A stretch of DNA of 49,639 nt from the NCBI GenBank assembly GCA_963578705.1, contig CAUZDT010000003.1, positions 1-49,639 on the forward strand. The letters are read 5' to 3'. A model generated the notes under the pieces. It made no database searches and was not told the origin of the DNA. It was given only the letters and a program-made list of their open reading frames with translations. This document shows, one piece after another, positions 28,663 to 35,464 of the stretch. This DNA is from Candidatus Thalassarchaeaceae archaeon. Its GTDB lineage: Archaea > Thermoplasmatota > Poseidoniia > MGIII > CG-Epi1. The position numbers and the translations under genes are program-made. The stretch's first letter is position 1; each line of letters begins with the position of its first letter.

Positions 28663-29166
28663 TCAGGCTTCCCGTGTTCGCATCCAGCCCGCCCCCGCGC
28701 CGAGCAACAGGAAGAGCAGCAGGATTCCGTCGTCGCTGCCGTGCGCCAGCGGCTTCGCCACCATCAGGTACTCAATGCCGAACGCCGCGCCCAGCATGGC
28801 GGTCGTCGTAATCCAGAGCGTCGGGTCGCCCATAGTGCCGCCCCCGTCGGCGATTGCGCGCAGCCGCGGCACAACCGCCATTGGGATAACCGCAACCATC
28901 ACCAGTAGCAGTATGAGTGAGTTGTCAATCCACGCCTCGCCGAAGTTATGCTCGTCCCCGTTGAGAACAAGATAGAGGCCGAATATCAGCGCCAGCCCGC
29001 CGCCGCCGGTCGCCATCGACGCCATCGCGCGCGCCATCGATGCCAGCTCGCGGCGCGTCTCGCCCTCGGCGCGCTCCATGCGCAGCATCGCGACCGCGGC
29101 CGCAATTAGCCCGCTGAAAAGCGTAATCGCGCCGATGATATGCAGGTAGAGAACTATTTCGGACAT
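28663..29166 (-). CDS. 4-TM membrane protein (DUF2269-like)
   Basis: LHIIGAI N-terminus, GLYL, W-I, YLMVAKP pattern. Confidence 0.65.
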   Translation of the reverse strand: MSEIVLYLHIIGAITLFSGLIAAAVAMLRMERAEGETRRELASMARAMASMATGGGGLALIFGLYLVLNGDEHNFGEAWIDNSLILLLVMVAVIPMAVVPRLRAIADGGGTMGDPTLWITTTAMLGAAFGIEYLMVAKPLAHGSDDGILLLFLLLGAGAGWMRTREA

Positions 29167-29187
29167 GGGGCCGCAGGCGAGGGCTGG

Positions 29188-29658
29188 CTAAAACAGGAGC
29201 GGCAGTAGCAGCAGTATGGCGGCTGCCAGGATGCCGGCGGCGATATCGTCGAGCATCACCCCGTCGCCGCCCCCGATTTTCTCTAGCCGCGAGACTGGCC
29301 ACGGCTTCAGGATGTCGAAAGCGCGGAACAGGACGAACAGCGCCAGCAAATCCACCGTATCGGGGACGCCAGCGGCGAGCCAGATGATGGCGGCGCCGAG
29401 CAGGTAGCCCGCCACCTCGTCCAGCACGAAGCGGCCGGGGTCCTCGCCCCACTCCTGTTCAGCCCATTCGGCGAGGTTGCGGCCCAGCGGGTAGAGCAGT
29501 AGCGCGACCGCCAGCAGCGCGTAGCCGCCCTGCGCCCCGCCATAGGCCATGGCACCCCACGCTAGCACCGCCGCGCCAGCGCTGCCGGCGGTCCCGGGAC
29601 CGTAAGGCGCCCGCCCCAGCCCGAGACCAGTCGCCGCGAGTTCACGCCAGTCAACCAT
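29188..29658 (-). CDS. pgpA: Phosphatidylglycerophosphatase A
   Basis: GLGRAPYGPGTAGS, DPGRFVLDEVAG, FRAFDILKPWP, GVMLDDIAAG. Confidence 0.93.
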   Translation of the reverse strand: MVDWRELAATGLGLGRAPYGPGTAGSAGAAVLAWGAMAYGGAQGGYALLAVALLLYPLGRNLAEWAEQEWGEDPGRFVLDEVAGYLLGAAIIWLAAGVPDTVDLLALFVLFRAFDILKPWPVSRLEKIGGGDGVMLDDIAAGILAAAILLLLPLLF

Positions 29659-29686
29659 TATTTTCTACTGACGACTCCTATATAAA

Positions 29687-30310
29687 TCATACTTCCGACG
29701 CGTTCCGCCAGAAATGGACCAGCCGCTGCACCACCGTGAGATTCCCCAGTAGTGCCAGCAGCGCCAGCGTGCCGGTCGCCCAGAGCGCCGGGTCGCCGGC
29801 CAGTTCGCCCCCCGCAAGGCCGAGTGCCAGCAGGATGATGCGCTCCGGCCGCTCAACCAGCCCGACCGCCTGCTGGCTGATACCGAGGCGCTCCGCCGCT
29901 GCACGCGCGTAGGAAGTGAGCAGCGCGCCGATGAGCGCCGCCAGCGCCCACGCCTCGCCCGAAATTCCGGGCGCCTGCGGTAGTGGCACCAGCCAGCCGC
30001 CGAGCAGCAGCGCGCCGAAGAGCAGGCTGTCCGAATAGCGATCGGTCAGCGCGTCGAGGAAGCCGCCGCGCACCGACGTCTGCCCGGCGGAGCGCGCCAG
30101 CAGTCCGTCGCCGCCGTCGGCCAGCCCCGCCAGCAGCAGCAACGCCACACCGGGAAGGATGGCGGCGGCGTGCAGTTGCCACGCCGCCGCCATGGTCAGC
30201 GCCAGTCCCAGGAAGGTGAGGTTGTTGGGGCGGATGCCGATGCGGCCCATGAAAACACCCAGCGGGCGCAGCAGCTCGTTACTATGCTTCTTCAGTATGT
30301 CGCTAAGCAC
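29687..30310 (-). CDS. CDP-alcohol phosphatidyltransferase (archaetidylglycerophosphate or inositol-phosphate synthase-like)
   Basis: PNNLT, DGGDGLLAR...GGFLDALTDRYSD, SYARA, ERPER. Confidence 0.9.
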   Translation of the reverse strand: MLSDILKKHSNELLRPLGVFMGRIGIRPNNLTFLGLALTMAAAWQLHAAAILPGVALLLLAGLADGGDGLLARSAGQTSVRGGFLDALTDRYSDSLLFGALLLGGWLVPLPQAPGISGEAWALAALIGALLTSYARAAAERLGISQQAVGLVERPERIILLALGLAGGELAGDPALWATGTLALLALLGNLTVVQRLVHFWRNASEV

Positions 30311-30397
30311 GCTTTGTGAGAGTTACTTGTGGCTATTCAACCTTGTGCCCCCAGCCACCGGTGCTGCTTTTAGTCCCGCCCCTGCTTTCAGGGCGCC

Positions 30398-31360
30398 ATG
30401 GTCGCCCGTGACATCCTGCAACAGCAGCTTCCCCATACTTTGGTGGAGACCAATTACGAGGACCAGGGTGAGCTCTACCGCGGCAAGGTGCGCGACAACT
30501 ACATCAAGGAAGAGACCATCACGATGGTCACTACCGACCGTATCTCCGCTTTCGACTGTGTGCTGGGAACAGTCCCCTTCAAGGGACAGGCGCTGGTCGA
30601 GATGGCCGACTGGTGGTTCGGCGAGACGGCGGACATAGTCGCCAACCACGTTCTCCGCAGGCCGCACCCCAACGTCTGGACCGTTCGCCGATGCGACCCC
30701 ATCCAGGTCGAGATGGTCGTGCGAGGCTACCTGACTGGCATCACCCCCACCTCAATCTGGACCGCCTACGAGAAGGGCGACCGCAATTTCTGCGGCAACG
30801 AGCTGCCGGACGGGATGCGCAAACACGAGAAATTGCCGGAGCCAATCATCACCCCCTCGACCAAGGCGGCGCAGGGCGACCACGATGAGTCGGTCGCCCC
30901 GGAGGAGCTCTTCCGCCGCGGGGCGGTCGACCCCGGGCTCTACCAAGAGTTGGCGAAAATCTCGATGAAGCTCTACCGCCGTGGCGTCAAGCGCGCCGCA
31001 GAGCGCGGCATGATTTTCGTCGATACCAAGTACGAGTTCGGCATCTCCAGCGGCAAGATTATGCTGATGGACGAGGTCAATACGCCCGACTCCAGCCGCT
31101 ACTGGATGGCGGACGACTACGAAAAGCGCTTCGAGAAAGGAGAAGAGCCACGCAAGTTCGACAAGGAATACGTCCGCACCTGGCTCGCGGAGCAGGGTTT
31201 CCGGGGCAAGGGCAAGCCGCCCGCGCTGACCGACGACTTGCGAGTGGAGGCGGCCGCGCGCTATATCGAAGTGGCTGAAACCTTCACGGGCGAGGAGATG
31301 CCGCTGGAATTGGGACCGGCCGGCGGCGTAATTTACCAGGTGCTCAACCCGTTTATCTAG
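30398..31360 (+). CDS. purC: SAICAR synthase
   Basis: YRGKVRD, DRISAFD, EMVVRGY, TPSTKA, DTKYEFG, DEVNTPDSSRYW. Confidence 0.97.
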   Translation: MVARDILQQQLPHTLVETNYEDQGELYRGKVRDNYIKEETITMVTTDRISAFDCVLGTVPFKGQALVEMADWWFGETADIVANHVLRRPHPNVWTVRRCDPIQVEMVVRGYLTGITPTSIWTAYEKGDRNFCGNELPDGMRKHEKLPEPIITPSTKAAQGDHDESVAPEELFRRGAVDPGLYQELAKISMKLYRRGVKRAAERGMIFVDTKYEFGISSGKIMLMDEVNTPDSSRYWMADDYEKRFEKGEEPRKFDKEYVRTWLAEQGFRGKGKPPALTDDLRVEAAARYIEVAETFTGEEMPLELGPAGGVIYQVLNPFI

Positions 31361-31383
31361 TTCTCGACGATTCTTATTTAAAA

Positions 31384-31427
31384 CAAACTTTTCCGGTCGC
31401 TTCGCTCCCGCAAAATTTTGACCAAAA
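31384..31427. repeat. REP/MITE-like imperfect palindrome downstream of purC
   Basis: CAAACTTTT-CCGGTCGC-TTC-GCTCCCGC-AAAATTTTG-ACCAAAA. Confidence 0.4.
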
Positions 31428-31497
31428 TAGGGCATAATGCACGAATAATTGTGCGGGGCTGATTTTATATCTGAGCATTGGACGTCACCTCGCCCCC

Positions 31498-32385
31498 ATG
31501 GCGCAGAAGAAGAGGCAGCAGCGCAAGCCGAAGACCGAGATACAACGTTCGGAAGAGCAGTTCCAGCGTTTTGTCGACCGCCGTAACGAATACAACAGTG
31601 AGGCGCGCATGCTACGCGACGAGCGCGACGCTATCCATGACCAGCGCGGAAAGGTGATGCAGAAAATCCTGGCCATGCGCGACGAGATGAAGGCGCATTC
31701 GCAGGCGAAGCAGCGTAGCATGCAGTCACGCAATAAGTTGCGTGACCAGGCACGCAAGCTGATTGCCGCCAAGCAGGCGCGGCGCAAGGATGGCAAGGGC
31801 GACAAGGGGCTGCACGGTACGGTCGAGGCGCTGATGTCCGAAATCATGGCGTCCGAGCGGCGGCTCGAGACGACCGAGATGACGATTGCCAAGGAGCGTG
31901 CGCTGCTCGAGCGGATTTCCATCCTGCGTCGCAGCCTGGGCGAGCAGCAGTCGTCGCTTGAGGAGCAGGAGCACCTGCACGCCGAGGTGGGCGAGCTGGA
32001 CCAGTCGATTGACGAGCGGTTCAGCGAGGCAGACCAGCACCACCTGGAAGTGGTGCGGCTGGCGAAGCTCAATTCGAAGCTTTACGACAAGATGACCGAG
32101 CTGATGAAGGAGGCGGCGCACCTCTCTGGCGAATCAGACAAGAAGCATCAGGTGTTCGTTGACGTCCGCAAGCGCGCCGACCACCAGCACGAGCGCGCGA
32201 TGGAGATGCTTGACCAGCTGCGGACCCACCGGAATGTGGCGCGCGAGGAACAGCAGGCGCGCTGGAAGGTGGTGCGCGACCGCCGCAAGGAGGTCAAGGA
32301 GGCGCTCTACGATGACAAGAAACTGGCCGAGGCGGCCGACGACGCCATCAGGGAACTGATGTTGGGCGGCAAGATTTCGCTCTGA
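31498..32385 (+). CDS. Archaeal coiled-coil protein (COG1340-like)
   Basis: Heptad-rich, charged, helix-type composition; RRNEYNSEA...ERDAIH, AD..H repeats and C-terminal GKISL typical of this family. Confidence 0.7.
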   Translation: MAQKKRQQRKPKTEIQRSEEQFQRFVDRRNEYNSEARMLRDERDAIHDQRGKVMQKILAMRDEMKAHSQAKQRSMQSRNKLRDQARKLIAAKQARRKDGKGDKGLHGTVEALMSEIMASERRLETTEMTIAKERALLERISILRRSLGEQQSSLEEQEHLHAEVGELDQSIDERFSEADQHHLEVVRLAKLNSKLYDKMTELMKEAAHLSGESDKKHQVFVDVRKRADHQHERAMEMLDQLRTHRNVAREEQQARWKVVRDRRKEVKEALYDDKKLAEAADDAIRELMLGGKISL

Positions 32386-33110
32386 TGGACGCCATCGTCC
32401 TGGCGGGCGGCTTCGCGCGCCGCATGGGGGAGCTGGTGCGCCACATTCCAAAGCAGTTGCTCCCAGTCGCCGGCGAGCCGCTACTGGCGCACGTACTGCG
32501 CTCGCTCGAGGCAGTTGCGCCCGACCGCGTGCTGCTGGCGGTCAACGCCGCTTTTGCCAGCCAATTTGACGTGTTCATCGCCAGCTACGACGGCCCGCTG
32601 ACGCTGGAATTGGCGGTCGAGCAGGCGCGCGCCGAAGGCGAGAAGCCCGGCGCCCTCGGCGCGCTGGGGCAGCTGGTGGCGGAGCATCGCCTGGCGGGGC
32701 CGCTATTCATCGTCGGCGGCGACAACCTGTTCGATTTCGACCTCGCCCGCATGGCCGCGCTGAACCAACGCACGGGCGACGACGTTATCGGGCTCTACGA
32801 CGTTGGCGATACCGGGCTGGCGCAGCTCTACGGCATCGCGGCGCTCGAGGATGGCATTATCGTCGATTTCGTCGAGAAACCGGCGGAGCCGCGCTCGACG
32901 CTGGCGGCGACCGCTTGCTGGTTGCTCTCTCCCGGCGGGGTGCGGGCGCTCGCCGCCTACCTTGCGGCAGGCGGCGAGCGCGACGCGCTGGGCCATTTCC
33001 TGCCGTGGCGCATCGGTCGCGCGACGGTGCGCGGCATCGCGTATAGTGGGACCTGGTTCGACATCGGCGACCCCGAATCGTACGCGGTGGCGTGCGCCCA
33101 TTTCGGCTGA
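32385..33110 (+). CDS. Sugar-phosphate nucleotidyltransferase (NTP_transferase family)
   Basis: AIVLAGGFARR, PKQLLPVAG, GGDNLF, FVEKP, WFDIG; TGATG coupling to upstream gene. Confidence 0.9.
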   Translation: MDAIVLAGGFARRMGELVRHIPKQLLPVAGEPLLAHVLRSLEAVAPDRVLLAVNAAFASQFDVFIASYDGPLTLELAVEQARAEGEKPGALGALGQLVAEHRLAGPLFIVGGDNLFDFDLARMAALNQRTGDDVIGLYDVGDTGLAQLYGIAALEDGIIVDFVEKPAEPRSTLAATACWLLSPGGVRALAAYLAAGGERDALGHFLPWRIGRATVRGIAYSGTWFDIGDPESYAVACAHFG

Positions 33111-33143
33111 AGAGCCTTTTTTAGCAGCGGGGGGTCGCGCGGG

Positions 33144-34685
33144 TTGATGATTCCGGCCAGCGAAGTGCTCGCTATCGGGTCGCTGCTGCTGCTCGCGGTG
33201 GGTTACCGGCTCTCAAGCGGCCCGCACCGCATGGCGGGCCGCAGACTGCCGGCTGCCGCAGGCCCTCGGCTCTGCATGGTTGGCTGGCTGGCGTTGGGGG
33301 GCTTCTGGTGGAGCGAGGTCGAGCACTACATCCTGATTCGCGACCCGGTCAACGCGCTCTTTTGTGCCATGGCGCTGCCGTTCTTCGGCTACCTGGCGTA
33401 CCACCATTGGCTCACCATCGAGTGGCGCCGCGAATACCCGGCGCTGCGCTGGCTGGTGGCGATGACCGTCGTCGCTGGCGGTATCTACTTCCTGGTCGAG
33501 CGGGTGCCGTTTCTCGCCGGCTGGCTCATCCAGGTCGTGGCGGAGCAGTCGGTCTGGCTGCTTGACGTGGCGGGCGTCCCGACCACGCTCGGGCCGCTCG
33601 ACTACGGTGAAGGGTCGCGCTGGTACCGCCTCGGCTCGGCGCACCAGGAAGTGAGTGTCCCCGTCGAGGCGGCGTGGCGCGACCCGATGTCGCCCGCAGT
33701 CAGCATCGTGCTGGCGTGCACTGCGCTGCAGAGCATGATAATATTCGTCGGCGGCGTGCTCTGCACCAGCGCGCCGCGCCAGCGCCGCGTCTACGCCTTC
33801 CTGGCGACGGTGCCGACCATCTACTTGCTCAACCTGATTCGCAACGCGGTGGTCATCTGGCTCACCTACGAGCACGTCTGGGGTGATGACACCTTTTACT
33901 ACGCGCACGCCTGGATTGGCAAGGGCGGCAGCCTCGTTGCGCTGGTCGCGCTGGCGTACATAGTCTTCCACTACCTGCCGGAGATGCAGGACGCTATCCT
34001 GGGAGTGATGGACCTGCCGTGGCGCGAACCGCCGGCGGGGATGCGCACGCCGCCTTTCGCCGCCGGGACGCCCGGCTGGATCACCATCGCCTTCGTGACA
34101 GGGCTGGTACTGGCGCCGTTCGGTGCCGCCGCTGGCACCCCGTCGGAGCTGCCGCTCGACGCCGCGGCCTGGGCGGCTGCAGCGCTGCTGGCGCTGGGCG
34201 CCGGGCTGCTCTGGTTCCACCGCGACCCGCCGCGCCCCGTCGGCGTCGGCGTCGTCAGCCCCGCCGACGGCACGGTGCTCTCGGTCGACGAGCACGACGA
34301 CCACGTGCGGCTCTCGATTTTCATGTCACCCTTCAACGTGCACGTCAACCGCGCGCCGATTGCCGGCCGCGTTACGGCGCAGCAGCGCACCGGGGCGGGC
34401 TTCAGTCCCGCCTACAGCGCCGCCGCCGACGGCAACCTGCAGGTGCGCACCGAGCTCGAAACGGCCGTTGGACCGGTGGCGGTGACGCAAGTGGCGGGCG
34501 CGCTAGCGCGGCGCATCACCAGCTATCTCTCCGAAGGGCAGCAACTGACGAAGGGCGAGCGGATTGGCATAATCCACCTCGGCTCGCGCGTTGACCTCGA
34601 GCTGCCGCTGGGAGCCGAGATGATCGTGCAGTCGGGGCAGAAGCTGTGGGCGGGGCAGACGGTGGCTCGCCTGACGGGGTCGTGA
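33144..34685 (+). CDS. artA-pssD: Archaeosortase A fused to phosphatidylserine/archaetidylserine decarboxylase proenzyme
   Basis: N part: multi-TM with IVLACTALQS (Cys, 33717), LNLIRN (Arg, 33840), YAHAWI (His, 33906). C part: FHRDPPR, VSPADG, IFMSPFNVHVNRAP, QVAGALARRI, GERIG..LGSRVD (pyruvoyl Ser, 34584). No stop between the parts. Confidence 0.9.
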   Translation: MMIPASEVLAIGSLLLLAVGYRLSSGPHRMAGRRLPAAAGPRLCMVGWLALGGFWWSEVEHYILIRDPVNALFCAMALPFFGYLAYHHWLTIEWRREYPALRWLVAMTVVAGGIYFLVERVPFLAGWLIQVVAEQSVWLLDVAGVPTTLGPLDYGEGSRWYRLGSAHQEVSVPVEAAWRDPMSPAVSIVLACTALQSMIIFVGGVLCTSAPRQRRVYAFLATVPTIYLLNLIRNAVVIWLTYEHVWGDDTFYYAHAWIGKGGSLVALVALAYIVFHYLPEMQDAILGVMDLPWREPPAGMRTPPFAAGTPGWITIAFVTGLVLAPFGAAAGTPSELPLDAAAWAAAALLALGAGLLWFHRDPPRPVGVGVVSPADGTVLSVDEHDDHVRLSIFMSPFNVHVNRAPIAGRVTAQQRTGAGFSPAYSAAADGNLQVRTELETAVGPVAVTQVAGALARRITSYLSEGQQLTKGERIGIIHLGSRVDLELPLGAEMIVQSGQKLWAGQTVARLTGS

Positions 34686-35458
34686 TGCTGCGCCAGCTCT
34701 TCCGGCCGCTGTTCAAGATTTCAGTCGGCGACCTCGCGACGCTCGCCAACGCCGCCTGTGGGCTGCTGGCGATTACCTACTTCCTCGACGGGACGCGAGA
34801 TGCAATCCTGATCGGGATGCTGCTGCTCGTCGTCGGGGCGTTTTTCGACAGCATCGACGGGATGCTGGTTCGCAAATACGGGTCGAGCCACCGCTTCGGG
34901 CCGCTGCTCGACTCGCTGGCCGATGTCATTAGCTTCTGCCTCGCACCGGCGCTGCTGGTCTACACGCTCTGGTATGACCTCGAGCGCGGGCCGGCGCTCT
35001 CGCTCGCGGGCGTGGACCTGCCGAACCTGCTGGCGCTCGCGGGCGCGCTGCTGGTGGGGCTGCTGGGAGTGCTGCGGCTGGCGCGCTTCACCCACGACCG
35101 CGAGGAGCAGTTGCACCACTTCTCGGGGATGCCGACGCCAGCGATGCTGGTGCTGGTGCTAATTGTCTGCCTGCGCTGGTCGTCGCTCTCGGGTGACGCG
35201 GCAACGTGGCCGCCCGCGCTGCTCGGGCTGGCAGCCTTCCTGATGGTCACGACGCTGCCGTTCCTGAAGGCGCGCGGTCAGGTCATGCTGCCGGTCTTCG
35301 GTGCGGTGCTGCTGCTGCAGTTCGCCATCCTGGCGGCGTGGCAGGACCACGCGGCGTGGCTCCCGCTCTGGACCGCGGCGGCGCTGCTCGACGGTGGCTA
35401 CATCTTCGGTAGCCCGCTCTGGGTGCTGCGCAACGACCCCGAATGGCGTCGTGGTTAG
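34685..35458 (+). CDS. pssA: CDP-archaeol/diacylglycerol--serine O-phosphatidyltransferase (archaetidylserine synthase)
   Basis: TLANAACG, DSIDGMLVR...FGPLLDSLADVISFCLAPA, LRLARF, FSGMPTPA; TGATG overlap with upstream gene. Confidence 0.9.
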   Translation: MLRQLFRPLFKISVGDLATLANAACGLLAITYFLDGTRDAILIGMLLLVVGAFFDSIDGMLVRKYGSSHRFGPLLDSLADVISFCLAPALLVYTLWYDLERGPALSLAGVDLPNLLALAGALLVGLLGVLRLARFTHDREEQLHHFSGMPTPAMLVLVLIVCLRWSSLSGDAATWPPALLGLAAFLMVTTLPFLKARGQVMLPVFGAVLLLQFAILAAWQDHAAWLPLWTAAALLDGGYIFGSPLWVLRNDPEWRRG

Positions 35459-35464
35459 CCGCGG

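Noticed and set aside
26098-31360. purL and purS without purQ (and pdxT without pdxS elsewhere in the window)
   Set aside because: Split pathway genes are normal in archaea; the partners are probably elsewhere in the genome
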